Source: Squalus acanthias
Lineage: Eukaryota
Length of the DNA: 64,000 nt
Assembly (NCBI GenBank): GCA_030390025.1
Contig: CM059433.1
Span: forward strand, 21,206,001-21,270,000
Reading direction: 5' to 3'
Below the pieces are notes generated by a model. The model worked only from the letters and a program-made list of their open reading frames with translations, was not told the origin of the DNA and did not search any database. Positions 24,826 through 37,977 of the stretch are shown here, one piece after another. The number at the start of each line of letters is the position of its first letter. The stretch's first letter is position 1. The translations under genes were made by a program, and so were the position numbers.

Positions 24826-26905
24826 CCAGGAATCAGAAATAACATTTCAATGATGCCAAAGTTACCATATAAATGCACCCTAAGCCATAGTCATGCTCAC
24901 AGAGTCATATCTTTCCACCAAAACCCCAGACCTCCATCACCATCCCTCTAGCAAGATAGATCCACCAGAGGTGGGATAACAATGGTATACAGTCAGGTGA
25001 GAGTGGCCCTGGGAATCCTCAACATTGACTACAAACCCCATGAGATCTCTTGAATTCAAATCAAACCAAAGTCAATGAAACTCCTGGTGATCACCACCTA
25101 CCATCCCTCCCACCCATCAACTGAGGAATCTGTACTCCTCCATGTTGAACATCACTTGGAGGAAGTTCTAAAAGAAGCAAGGGGGCAGAGTTTACTCTGG
25201 GTAAGGGACTTCAATGTTTGACACTGAGTGGCTTGGTAGTACCACCACTGAAGGCCGTAGCAGCCAGATTGGCCTGTGTCAGGTAGTGAGGGTACCAACA
25301 CGAGGAAGTAACCTACTTGACCTCAGCCTCACCAATCTGCCTGTCCATGATACCAATTGTAGGAGGCACTATCATACTGTCCTGTTGAAAACAATGTTCT
25401 GTCTCCATTGTGACATCCTCCATCGTGTAGTGTGGCACTACTACTGCGTTAAGTGGAACAGAGTAAGGATACATCTTGTAGCCCAAAACTGGACATCCAT
25501 GAGGCACTGCGGTCCATCATCAGCAGCAGAATTGTATACCACAACAATATGTAACCTTATGGCCTGGTTCATCCCTCACTCCTTGATCGCCATTAGGCTG
25601 GGAGACCAACCCTGGTTCAACAACAACAACAAATTGCATTTATATAGCGCCTGTAACATAGTAAAATGTCCCAAGCTTCACTGAAAAGTGTTGAAGAAAG
25701 TGCCAGGTGCAGCATCAGATACACCTTAGAATGAGGCATCAACCTCACGAGGCTAAAAGAACAGAAAGCTACAGGCAGAGCTAAGCGGTTCCATTAGCAA
25801 TGGATCAAAGCAAAGCTCTGTAGCCCCAGCTCATCCACTTGACAATGGTGGTGAATAATCAGTTAACTAACAGGAGGAGGAAGCTTCATGGACATTCTCA
25901 TCCTCAACCATGCAAGTGTTTTCAGCCAAAGCGCCAAGAGGATGATCCTATCAGCCTCCTCCTGAGATTCCTCCATCATAGATGCCAGTCCCCAAGCAAT
26001 TTAGTTCACCCCATGTTGCATTAAGAAGCAGCTGAGTGTACTGGGCACTGACAACAGCCTGACTGTAATCCTGAAGATCTGTGCACTACAGCTGGCTGCT
26101 CCCCTGGTCCATCTGTTCCAGTACAGTTATGACACCGACTCTGGCACCTGCCTGACAATGTGGAACATTCTCTGATCCACAAAATAAGGATGAATCTAAT
26201 CTCGCCTCCTCGCAATTATCAAAGTGATGGAAGTAAACATCAATAATGCCAACAAGCAGCACATTCTCACCAATAAGCTGCTCACTCACGATCAATTTTG
26301 GTTCTGCTAGAACCACTTGGCTCCCGACCTCATTACAGCCTTGATCTGGACTTGGACATAAGAGTTGAATGCCAGAGGAGAGGTGAGAGTAGCTACAATC
26401 ACCATCAAGGCAGCATTCGATCAAACGCACCACCAAGAAGCTCCAGCAAAGCCTACGTCAGTGGGCTCTAAGGGAAAACCCTTCAGTAGTTGGAGTCATA
26501 CTTGATACAAAGGAAGATGGTGGTGGATGTCAGGGTCCAATCATCACAGCCCCAGGACACTACTGCAAGAATTCCTCAAGGAAGTGTCCTCACCCTAACT
26601 ATCTCAGCTGCTTCATCAATGACTTTCCTTCCATCATAAGGCCATGAGTGAGACTATTCACTGACAACTCCACAACGTTCAGCTATGCTGATAACTCCTC
26701 CAATAACAAAGCAGCCCATGCCAGCCTACAGCAAGACCTGGACAACAGCCAGGCTTGGGCTGACAAGTGGCAAGTTACATTCGCACCATATAAATGCCAG
26801 GTAATAACCATCTCAAGTAAGAGAAAGCCCAGCCATCTGTTCTTGATCTTCAACGACATGACCATCACCAGGTCCCCTATGATCAACAACTTGGGGATCA
26901 CAGGT
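24826..26905 (+). mobile_element. Degenerate copy of the second LINE family
   Basis: Homologous to 8438-9200 (PTRGSNLLDL, DQPWFN, QAWADKWQVTF); many stops and frameshifts; contains an L2/SINE tail at about 25620-25680. Confidence 0.85.
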
Positions 26906-27513
26906 TTGGGGAAGATCAATGACAGGCACATTCAGAACAGAGGTCAATACAAAATATGCAGAAGTCAGAGAAAGAGGAAGGAGAGAAAAGTAGGAATGAA
27001 TACCATTGTACTTTAGTTTTAATTTTCTCAGGGTTATAAACTGGCTTCCCATGGCAGCGACATCTCGGGCTACATATACCACAGTCCCGCTATTCGTGAC
27101 CACTTGTGTTTGAGCCTAGTATCTGCAAATAGTGTATATTAAAAGGAGGCATTTTTGAAAGATACTGCAGCTGAAGCCACGTGGTCATGCATTGTGGGAC
27201 TGTATGTCCCAAGATGAAGCTATAAGAGAAGGTTGCATTTGAAGCGGAGATTCAATTAACTGAGGAAAAGAATTGAAAAACCGGCAATGACTAATTCATT
27301 CAGGTCTGTAAAACCTGTAGAGCAGAACTTTCAACTTGGACGGGGAAGTGAAAAATGAGCAATGACTTCAATAGAAAAGAAAATCGGATGGTATGGCAGA
27401 CGGCTGATCCGTTACTGCCTGTTTTACACCCTGCCAAAGTTGAAAGTTCCATCCATACTTCTTTAATAAGTTAATTTTGATCTTTGGGGTTTCTTCCCCT
27501 GTTAAGAATCATA

Positions 27514-28250
27514 GGGGGAAAAATTGAGTCACGCCCCCTTTGGGGCGCTAACTTCGAGTAGCGCCCCGAAAAAATTAGCACCCCCGCGGCCGAAATTCAC
27601 CAGTAGCACCCCAAGAGGGAAGCGGGGTGCTACTGGAAGCGCCCTGCCTCCCCCTTGGGGCGCTGCGAGTGAACATCGCGGCACTATGTGCCGCAGCGCC
27701 ACGCACTGCGGCACGCCGCGCCGCGGTACTGCAGGCCTTCCCCCCCTTCTTAAAGGGGAGGGGCCTAGTGCAGTGCGACCCGGGCCTAGCTGGGCCACCA
27801 GGGATCGGAGTGCTGGCAAAAGAGCCCGGCACTCAAGAGAAGTGCCAGGCTCACGGAGCGCAGCCGACACTCCGTGGGGAGGGGGGGCTGCAGAGGAGGC
27901 CAGGGATGGCAGAGGGGGCAGGTGCTGGCAGGCGGCCAGCAACAAAAATGGCCGCCCGGCACCTCCCCTTTAATTTGCGCCGCCCCGGCTGCAGGTAGGT
28001 CCCCCTGACCCCGTCGGATATAGCGTCCAGCGGTAAGTCAGGGGGCGCTACCGAAGATTGCGGCCGGCGATTACGTCATCGCTAGCGGCGCAGCGCCGTG
28101 GGGCGCTAACGGTTACCGCCGCCGCTAACCTCCTGGTGAATTTCGCGGGAGGCGTTGGTGGCGTCGCGCCCAGGTGCTAGTTGCTTTGCGCCCCGTTAGC
28201 GCCCCCTTAGGGCACTAACGGGTGGCGCAAAGCAACCGAATTTTTAGGCC
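27514..28250 (+). mobile_element. GC-rich Harbinger-type MITE (family C)
   Basis: Termini GGGGGAAAAATT / AATTTTTAGGCC; TSD ATA; GGGCACTAACGGG.GGCGCAAA subterminal block shared with 50617-51348. Confidence 0.75.
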
Positions 28251-28925
28251 ATAGAATTTTACAGCTTAGAAGGAGGCGAGCGCTAGCTTTCTGAAAGAAC
28301 TATCCATTTAGTTCCCTGCCTTTTGCCCATACCCTTTTAATTGTTTTTATTAAATATCTATCCACTTTCCTTTTAAAAGCTATTATGAATTCTGCTTCCA
28401 CCACTATTTCCTGTGGGATAGTCAATGTCCTTAAAATAATCTGCATAAAAAATCACAACCTTTTGTTGACAATCTCTAGTTATCTACTCACCGACCAATG
28501 GGTAAACCCTTAATAATTTTGAACATTTCTATTAGATTTTGTAAGAATACTGGGATTGATACCCTGAAAAGAATATTGGGCAGCAAACAAATCCTTAATG
28601 CCTTCACCTGAACTCTTTGTCAAGGTTCTGTCTGGGGTTTACCACCCAGTCTATGGCTCGGAGTTAATGATGCATACATTTTACTTGCCGAGCTGTCTTA
28701 CATCAACCAGTTCAGAGTATATTAGCATTTACACTACCAGCCTCCCATCAGGATCTGCACAAGCTACTGAGTGCATGAATGAATGCTTTCTTGCCAATTA
28801 TCAAAGATTTCAGACAACAAAGTCATGAACTAACAGTTGTTTATTAAGCTTAGAACCATAGTTAGTACTTAAACTTAAACATTGAGTATACAAATAATTA
28901 GTGGCTATGGTTAATTGACAAAATT

Positions 28926-29151
28926 AAAAATGAGAAGTCGCACAACACCAGGTTATAGTCCAACAGATTTATTTAAAATTACAAGCTTTCGGAGCTATCC
29001 TGCCCCTTCTTCAGGTAAACACTTTACCTGAAGAAGGGGCAGGATAGCTCCGAAAGCTTGTAATTTTAAATAAATCTGTTGGACTATAACCTGGTGTTGT
29101 GCGACTTCTCATTTTTGTCCACCCCAGTCCAACACCGGCATCTCCGCATCA
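28926..29151 (+). mobile_element. Penelope-type palindromic insertion with 14-bp TSD
   Basis: Perfect 94-bp arms (28926-29019 / 29023-29116), loop CAC, 35-nt unpaired 3' extension, TSD TGACAAAATTAAAA (28916-28929, 29152-29165). Confidence 0.85.
29024..29063 (+). ncRNA. Minimal type I hammerhead ribozyme (mirror copy on minus strand, 28979-29018)
   Basis: UUAC-CUGAAGA-A-GGGGC(AGGAUA)GCUCC-GAAA-GC-UU-GUAA. Confidence 0.8.
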
Positions 29152-30039
29152 TGACAAAATTAAAAGCAGAGGTCACAAAGGCAATTCAGTCATGACACAA
29201 TCAGCATTAACTACTTGCTGATTATAAACTTGCAGTTGAGATCAATGTCGGAGATTGATATAAATTGGTGAGATTAATTTAGGATTAGACTCCTTACCTA
29301 GCTGACATCTTACCAGCATTAGATGGCCAGTCTATTTAATAAATTGTAGTTTGTAGCTTGTAGATAACAATGTTTCCAGAATGTATACAACCTCATCCTT
29401 ATGAGCTGGCATGGATGAACTGGTTGTTTTGCTGCCTTCTGGGAGGATGTTGTTCGCCTCTGAGATGTCAGAGTGATAAACCTGCTTCTGTAGAGGTGTT
29501 ATCCATTCCTTCTGGATCTTCTGCTCCTGGGTAAATTCACCTCTGCGTTGATAGCTGTAGTTAGATCAGCTGGCTAAATCCTCACCCCCTTGATCTCAGG
29601 GAAGCTTGATCATCGAAGTAACACACATATCTGCCTGTACTTGAGTGGTATAGCTGCACAATATTAACTTCTTTAAAGTTTCTCACATTTGGTTGGAGAT
29701 GCACTTTCCAGTTTTACTACTAAAGAAAGAATTCCTACTCTTTCAACTATAATGATACTATGAGAACTACTAAAAGAACTAGAACTCAACTCAGAACAGA
29801 GGATGTTAGTGTCAAAAACACCATCTTATATATTCTTAATTTCCAAAGAAACCTCCTTAATTCTACTGACCAACCTGAGGGACACATGTGTTCGAAGAGT
29901 TCAACCCTTTTGCTATCAATAATCTCAAGCAGCTATGTTACTACCCTTTATAACTTCCAATTCAGTGAAGCGCTGGCACCTAGACATGCTAGATCGCTTG
30001 TTTACTAACCAGCTTCTCATGTCTTTGCTCACTAAGGGT

Positions 30040-30950
30040 ATTACAAATTATTTACAGCACAGAAACAGGCCATTCGGCCCAATAGATCCATGCCGGTGTT
30101 TATGCTCCACACGAGTCTCCTCCCACCCCTCTTCATCTAACCCAATCAACATATACTTCTATTCCTTTCTCCCTCATGTGCTTATCTAGCTTCCCATTTA
30201 ATGTTTCTATGCTATTAGCTTCAACCACTCCCTGTGGTAGCGAGTTCCACATTCTAACCACTCTCTGGGTAAAGAAATTTCTCCTGAATTCCCTATTGGA
30301 TTTATTCATGACTACCTTATATTTATGGCCCCTAGTTCTGATCTAGTCCGCGAAGAAAAAATCTTCTCTATGTCTACCCTATCAAACACTTTCATTATCT
30401 TGAAGACCTCTATCAGGTCAACCCTCAGTCTTCTCTTTTCTAGGGAAAAGACCCACAGCCTGTTCAATCTTTCCTGATAGGTATAACCTCTCAGTTCTGG
30501 TATTATTCTCGTCATCTTTTATGCACAATCTCCAGTCCCTCTATATCCTTTTTATAATATGGAGACCAGAAATGTTCACGGTACTCTAAGCATGATCTAA
30601 CCAAGGTTCCATACGAGTTTAACATAACTTCTCTGCTTTTCAATTTTATCCCTCTAGAAATGAACCCCAATGCTTTGTTTGCTTTTCTTGTGGCCTTATT
30701 AACCTGCATCGCTACTTTTAGTGATCTGTGTATCTGTACCCCCAGATCCCTCTGTTTCTCTACACCATTTAGACACTTATTTTCCAAGGAGTCTGTGGCC
30801 TCCTTATTCTTCCTACCAAAATGTATTACCTCACACTTGTCTATATTGAAGTTCATTTGCCAATTACACACCCATTCTGCAAGTTTATTAATGTCTTCCT
30901 GTATTTTGTCGCAGTCTTCCTCTAACTACACCCTCCAATCTGGTGTCACA
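30040..30950 (-). mobile_element. CR1 LINE 3' fragment
   Basis: WQMNFNIDKCEVIHFG, FWSPYYKKDI; same subfamily as 17718-18872. Confidence 0.92.
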
Positions 30951-31097
30951 CAGTTCGAGATAAGGCAGGACATCTTTATGTTCCCTTAACAAGCTATCAC
31001 CAGGCATGAGGTACTTAATGGCTTGTCTTCCATTCCTCAAAAGGAATGTTTTGTTTGAATAAAGCTTTTGTGGTTTAATTAGCATTTGCCCTTTCTT

Positions 31098-31275
31098 TGC
31101 CCAGCTGGGTCAAAATCCTGGAACTCCCTACCTAACAGCATTCTGGGAGTACCTTCACCACATGGACTGCAATAGTTCAAGAAGAAGACTCACCACCACC
31201 TTCTCAAGGGCAACTAGGGATGGGCAATAAATGTTAGCTTTGCCAGTGCTGCCCATATCCCGAAAATGAATTTAA
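31098..31275 (+). mobile_element. 3' end of the second LINE family
   Basis: Matches 9688-9860. Confidence 0.85.
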
Positions 31276-31559
31276 AATATCATTTAAGGCAATCCTTAAG
31301 GCATTTCTCCTCGAATCTCCTCTTCACCAATTCTCTTCTGCACCCTCTCTGTGGCCTTGAGACTCTTCCAAAAGTACAGTGGTCAAAATGGAATTTGATA
31401 TTTTAACTGCCGAATCAATGATTTGTAAAGGTTCAGCATTATCTCTTTGCTTTTGTACTCTAACGGGGTAAAAGTTTGCTGAGGTTCGACTGATTGTCTG
31501 CCATAACTTTAGCAAAAGATCTGCGGAACCCTGGGTAAATGGCGGAAATTCAACTCCCA

Positions 31560-33630
31560 TGCCTCTATTTATAACCCCTAGGAAGCATATGCATTTATTT
31601 TTACAGATTTAACAGCTTGTTCTCCCACTTAAAGATTTGTGGACCTGAACCTTTAACTTTCTTTGCTGTTCTACTCCATTGAAAGTTTTACCATTGAGTG
31701 TACATTTCCTCTCACTCTTCCAAATTGTATCATTTCACATTTCTGTGTAATTTCTGTTTAATTCATCCAACATGTATCCCATTTGAAGTTGATTGCAGTC
31801 TTCTTCACAGTTAACCACACTCTCTCTTTTTGTGTTGTTTGCAAATTTTGATATTGAGCCCCATATACCCAAGTCCAGATCATTTAGGTAGATATGGAGA
31901 AGAGCAATGACCCCTGGGTGACAGAACTGTTTACATTTCTCCAGTCTGGAAAACATACATCAACCACTACTCTCTGGTTTTTGTCCTTTAGCCAACTTCC
32001 TATCCATGCTGCCACATTCCCTTTATTACTATGTGCCTTAATTTTATCGACACGTCTCCTATGCGGCACCTTATCAAATGTTTTTTGAAAATCCATATAC
32101 ACAGTATCCACCGGATTACCTTTATCAATACATTTAATTATTTTCTCAAGAACTCTATTAAATATGTCAGATATGACTTGCCTTTTACAACTCTGTGCTG
32201 GATGTCCTTAATTAGCTGTTTTCTAGCTGTTCCCTTACCCTTACAGTATTTACTTGCTCCATTTCATTTCCGAGAATTAGATTCAGTTTTACTTCCTTCG
32301 CTGTTGGAGTAAGTGAGGATTAATTTTCCCTATTTTCTGGCTTCTAGAATCTTTTCCATTATCAATATTATGCTGGCTGCACTATAGTTACCCAAGTTAT
32401 ATTGACAGCCCCCAGTTCTCCGACACAACTTCTATATCCAAGGACGTTTTGAAAGATTGTGGTCAGAGTCCCTGTTGTTTCCTCTCTGACTTCCCTCAAC
32501 ATTTTAGAATACTTGCCATCAACGCCCAGTACTTTTTGGACTTTGAGTTTCAACAACTTTTTTTGTACTACTTTATTAATTTTAGGTATCCTGCCTAAAT
32601 GCTTCACCTCCTCCTCTTGTACTTTTCATTCCTCCTCTCGCATTCTTTTGTAAAAACTGGGGCAAAGTATTCACTTAGTATCTCTGTCATTCCTTCATCC
32701 ACCAATAGAAGATTTTGTTTTTTGTGACTAGTTGGTCATACCCTTTTTTAACTATTCTTTTACTTTTTATGTATCGATAAATTATGTTATAAATTTCTCT
32801 TTATTTTCCTTTCCATACTTTCCTCATACCCCTCAGAGCTTTTCTAAATGTTTTTTTATTCCTGTCTATATTTTCTATATTCTACTTACTTTTCTTTTGT
32901 ATTGTAGTTCTGTATATGTCATATGCCTCTTTTTTAAGTCACGTTTAATTTGAATTTTTGTACAGTTCCAGCTTTTGCTGCACCCCCTTTACTTCTTGTG
33001 GGAATATGTTAGGCCTGTATCTTTATCATCTTCTGTTTGAAAGTTTCCATAGTTTGTCCAATGTCTTATCTGCCAATTTCTCATTCCAATTTATTTGGGC
33101 TAGATCACTTTTCGTCTCATTGAAATTTGCTTTTTTACATTGAGTCCCTTTACCTGTGATTGTTCCCTCTCTTTTAAATGGTTATATTGAACCTAATTAT
33201 GCTATGGTTGCTGTTTTCTAGCTGTTCCCCTACCGTTACAGTATTTACTTGCCCCATTTCATTTCCTAGAATTAGATTAAGAACTACTTCCTTCACTGTT
33301 GGAGTAAAAACATACTAATCTAGAAAGCAGTCCTGGACACATGATAGAATCCCCCTCCCCCTTTGTTACTTATATTCGTTTTACCTCAATGTATCTGTGG
33401 ATAATTGAAGTCGGTCATTATCATGGCCTTGTTGTTAATTTTATTATAGTTTGCCTACATATCTTCTCCGTTATTTCATTTTCACTATTCGGTAGAGTAA
33501 ATGCTCCTTCTTATTCCTCAAATCAAATGGATCCAGTTTTTCAGCGTCCTTTACAGTATTCTAGTGGTATAATGAAATCTTCGATTAATATTGTGACCCC
33601 ACTTTTCTTTCCTACTTCACCCCTTTTATA
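31560..33630 (-). mobile_element. Old degenerate CR1 (EN to RT)
   Basis: DTVYMDFQKTFDKVPH and ISKFANNTK remnants. Confidence 0.8.
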
Positions 33631-33662
33631 AGCAGGAATTTTTTTTTCTCTCTCAGTCCTAA

Positions 33663-33950
33663 GGGGCGGAATTCGGCTCCTTTGGGCCTGCCGAGGGGCG
33701 CTAACAGAGCGCAAAGGGGTTATTGCCAGGGGGGGTGAAAAAAGAGCCTCCCGCGAAATTCGGCGGGGCGTTGCTGAGGCGCTACCCGATAGCGCCGCGC
33801 CCCCACCAGTAGCACCCTGGGCCGCCACGCCTCCGCCGATGATGTCATCGCCATGCGCGGCAACCCCTTAGCGCCTCGCCGTGTCTCCTTACCACCTCGC
33901 GGCAGAAATTTGGCTGCACCCCGCTCACGGGACGGTAGTTAAAGGGGAGC
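33663..33950 (+). mobile_element. Partial GC-rich Harbinger-type MITE (family C)
   Basis: TAA|GGGGCGGAATTCGGCTCC start; GATGTCATCGC and GGCAGAAATTTGGCTGC shared with 45534-46163. Confidence 0.6.
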
Positions 33951-34899
33951 AACAAATTGTCAGCTATTTTAGCATCTTTGTTTTACACCTTTCTGAGTGA
34001 TTCTCAGGGGGAAAAACTGTACTAAATTAAATTAAAGAAAGAAAGAACATAATTTATGCTAAATAATTTTTTAATTTAAGTTGGCAATTTATGGTAACTA
34101 ATTTTACTTCGAGATAAAAATTAGTGGAAAAATGTATACCCCATCCACTTCTTCAATATATACGAGGGCAGATGTTTCGAGAATTGTTAATTTTTATAGT
34201 GACATATGTGTAAAGTATGGTAATTAGGGTTACTATGAGTGATATTGATACCAATTCACATATTTTGATGTCTGATAAACAGCAGTAAATGTTTAACTGT
34301 GGTAATGTAAAAACTCTTATTAAATCATTAATGGAGGAAGAATCCAATTATCTTGAGTTATACTGCAGATTCTGAACCTTGAAATGGATTAGGCTCACGT
34401 GCCACTTGGGCCAGGCTTTAACAATGCCAGTAAAGTAAAGTTATGTTTTGTACCAAAAGCACAATACGTGTAGTAGCCGTAATGCCATCATTGGAGGTTC
34501 ATGATGGCATAGAGATACATGAATATAGGAGGGAAGTATGGAGAAGTTACAGCATAGAGATGACTGGTGCCAATATTTTAATGGAAACATTAACGCAATC
34601 ATCTTTAATCACGTGCCAACTCTTTTAAAGTAACCAACAGAGGAATGTCACATAAAGGCATTGAATGTTTTTCCGTTAATATCACCAACAAGAATTTCTA
34701 GACTAATATAGACCTCACATGATAGAACTACCTCCATAAGAGCAGCAGTATATACAGAGGTCCAAAATTTCCAGTAAAGTAGCTTCAGTGTTAGAAATTA
34801 ATTAATTTGAAGGAATTATCAGTGGCTCCACAATAGGCTAATTGATAAATGCACTGCATAATGTGGTGTTGAGCTGTACAGATGAGAAGTTCTCGCCGT

Positions 34900-35580
34900 G
34901 CAATTGGGAGCCTGATTTAAATTTAACAGTTGTTGCACAGGAAACCTGCCGGTAATAGGGAGGCGGGAGCTGTCAGCTCAAGAAGGTAAGTGCTTTTTCC
35001 AGTACTCCTTGTGGCCAGGAGGAGCAGGGTTGCTCCCGTCAGCCTCTCAAGGAAACCTTCAGTCTCCCCTCTGCTGATCGTGGCCTCTCTCTCCCCCGTG
35101 CTGCGATCGCAGACCTCCCCGCCCAAGCACTGATATCCAGCCTTCCACCCTCCCACGATGGCTTCTCTCTTACCCCTCTCCCCCACCCCGGCATTGATCT
35201 CCGACCTCACCCCCTCCCACGATGGCCTCTCTCTCTCTCCCCACCACCCCCCTCCATGCTCCCCAAGCAGCGATCTCCAGCCTTACCACCGTACTGCGAT
35301 GGCTTCTCTCTCAACCCGGCCCACCCAAAGCACCAATTTCCAGCCTTATCCCCCTCTCGCTATAGCCTCTCTCTCCACCCCTAAGCACTGATCTCCAGCC
35401 TTACCCCCTCCCACGATGGCCTTCCCCTCAACCCCCCAAGCCCCTAAGCCTTAACCCCTCCTGATTGCTGGGGATTGTCCCCAAGGGATACCGGCTGCAG
35501 CCTTCTGCCGCTGGTTTTCCCATCCGGCAGCCATCAAGGATGTCAATTTGGCCACAGCCAGGCAAGAAACGGAAGAAAAA
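34900..35580 (+). mobile_element. Family B MITE body with internal minisatellite (continues at about 36340-36450)
   Basis: AAGGTAAGTGC...CCTTGTGG.CCAGGAGG core; C-rich tandem units. Confidence 0.55.
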
Positions 35581-35582
35581 AA

Positions 35583-36330
35583 TGATTACATAGGATTACA
35601 TAGGGTATACGGCACAGAAACAGGCCATTTGGCCCAACCAGTCCATGCTCCACTCGAACCTCCTCCCGTCTTTCCTCATCTAAATCTATCAGCATAATCC
35701 TCTATTCCCTTCTCCCTCATATGCTTGTCTAGCCTTCCCTTAAATGCATCTATACTATTCGATTCAACCACTCCCTGTGGTAGCAAGTTCCCCATTCTCA
35801 CCACTCTTTGGGTAAAGAAGTTTCTTCTGAATTTCTTGGTGACTATCTTATATTGATGGCCTCTAGTTATGCTCTTCCCCACAAGTGGAAACATTCTCTC
35901 TGTATCCACTCTATCAAAACCTTTCATAATTTTAAAGACCTCTATTAGATCACCCTTCAGCCTTCTTTTTTCAAGAGAAAAGAGACCCAGCCTGTTCATC
36001 CTTTCCTTATATATATACCCTCGCATTTCTGGTATCATCCTTGTAAATCTTCTCTGCACCCTTTCCAGTGCCTCTATATCCTTTTTATAATATGGCGACT
36101 AGAACTGTACGCAGTACTCTAAGTGTGGTCTAACCAAGGTTCAATACAGGTTTAGCATAACTTCCTTACTTTTCAATTCTATCCCTCTAGAAATAAACCC
36201 TAGTGCTTGGTTTGCTTTTTTTATGGCCTTGCTAACCTGCATCGCAACTTTTAGTGATTTGTGTATTTGTACTCCTAAATCCCTTTGTTCCTCTACCCTA
36301 CCTAGACTCGCACCCTCCAAGTAATAAGTT
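35583..36330 (-). mobile_element. CR1 LINE 3' fragment
   Basis: Closely similar to 17718-18485. Confidence 0.93.
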
Positions 36331-36449
36331 ATACAAATAAATTATAATGGGATCCTGTCATTAAATTCGGCAGGACCACTGTGATCCCAGCCTCGGCACG
36401 TTCCCAGGCCTTTTTCGCCCTCCCCTGCACCCTCCCCACCTCCCCGTAT

Positions 36450-36779
36450 TTGGCTATTCAGCCCATTGTGCCTGTGCCACCTCTATGAAAGAGCTATCCA
36501 ATTAGTGCCACTACCCTGCTCTTTTCCCACAGTCCTGCAATTTTTTCACTTCAAGTATTTATCCAATTCTCTTTTGAAAGTTACGATTGAATCTACTTCC
36601 ACCACCCTTTCAGATAGTGTATTCCAGATCATAATAACTAGCTGCGTAAAAAGATTACTCCTCATCTCACCTCTCCCTCTTTTGCCAATTATGTTAAATC
36701 TGTGTCCGCTGCTTACTGACCATCCTGCCAGTGGAAGCAGTTTCTCCTTATTTACTCTATCAAAACCCTTCATAATTTA
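36450..36779 (-). mobile_element. CR1 LINE 3' fragment
   Basis: MKGFDRV...GHRF...FTQ.V..IWN.L...FKRELDKYL. Confidence 0.85.
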
Positions 36780-37011
36780 ATATACTTCATGATTTGTTAT
36801 AACTCAGCAGAAAGATTTGTGCTGTCCACCCATTACCTCTGAACATTTCTGGTTCCAGCGCAATTTTGAAGAATATTGCAGGAGTTGGACTGTTGTGAGT
36901 TTTGAGCATCCACAATGTGATCAGTCAGAAGAGCTGCCTCTTGAATCTGTCAACAAATGCTTTTTTATTCACATCTCTTATATTTTGCTTCCTTGTTACC
37001 ATTTTTGAACT

Positions 37012-37292
37012 TTCTCTCTCTCTCTCTTAGGCAGTCCCTCGGAACCGAGGATGACTTGCTTCCACATTAAAAGTGAGTTATCAGGTGACTGATGAGTCCA
37101 ATGCGGGACCTGCAGTCTCTGTCACAGGTGGGGCAGACGGTGGTTGAAGGGGCGGGTGGGTGGGGTGCTTGGGTTTCCTTGCGCTGATTGCGCTTGGCTT
37201 CCGCTTGCTCCCGGCGAAGAGACTCGAGGTGTTCGGCTCCTTCCCGGATGCTTCTCTCCACTTTGTGCGGTCTTGGGCCAGGGATTCCCAGG
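37012..37292 (-). mobile_element. RTE-clade LINE 3' end
   Basis: Near-identical to 15918-16197; CPTCDRDCRSRIGLISHL; (AG)n tail. Confidence 0.9.
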
Positions 37293-37359
37293 TATTTTGA
37301 ACTTTACTTTTCCACTGATAGCCGTTTTGAATGTTTCCTTTCTTCTTTCCTGCCTAGCC

Positions 37360-37620
37360 TTGATAACCCTCCAGGATTTTCCTGGAGTTCTCCAGGAATT
37401 AAGGATTAATCTCTTGACATTGCGGCGAGCAACCCAGGAGATAATTTACAGGGGCATTTTTAAAAGTTTCTACGTTTTTTAAAATTTTCTTTGAACACTT
37501 TTTTTATTGGTTATAAAAATATTGGAGATGAGCAAAAAGATTGTTTGACCTGGCGGGGCGGTTGGAGGCAAGTAGTGATGTGATGAAACCTCCAGGAATA
37601 CGTTGGAGCTGGCAACCCCA
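37360..37620. mobile_element. Possible old non-autonomous DNA transposon (hAT-like end)
   Basis: Ends TGGCAACCC; repeated CTCCAGGA subterminal motifs; left TIR decayed. Confidence 0.35.
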
Positions 37621-37977
37621 TTCCAGCCTTTGCCCCTCCAAATCTTTGTTTTAGTCCTTTACTTATTATTCTCTTTCTTGATCATTTCTGCTCTCACTCT
37701 CTGGATATCTGAATTTAATTTTGCTATCTCTTCTTCAGTGTGATTTGACTTATTTCTGGCCACATACTCTTGCCTATCCGCTACCTTCTTTTTCCATGGT
37801 GACTGCTTTCCTGTCTTGCTTACTGAGTGACAAGAACTTTCCATCACCATCGGAGAACAGATACTTTGTGGAACACTGAGGTTACCAGCTACATCAATAG
37901 GCCTGAGCTTTCTTGACAAGTCCCACACACCAGTGGTGGGAGCTATCTTCCCCGCCTACTTTTCCCACGCAGAGAAA

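Noticed and set aside
27514..28250. CpG-island-like segments as host promoters
   Set aside because: Bounded by TIRs and TSDs and repeated elsewhere in the window, so young transposon sequence.
29330..29565. About 77 stop-free codons on the minus strand
   Set aside because: No convincing splice sites or recognisable motif.
35075..35460. CRISPR-like repeat-spacer array
   Set aside because: Degenerate units with low-complexity linkers in vertebrate DNA; no cas genes.
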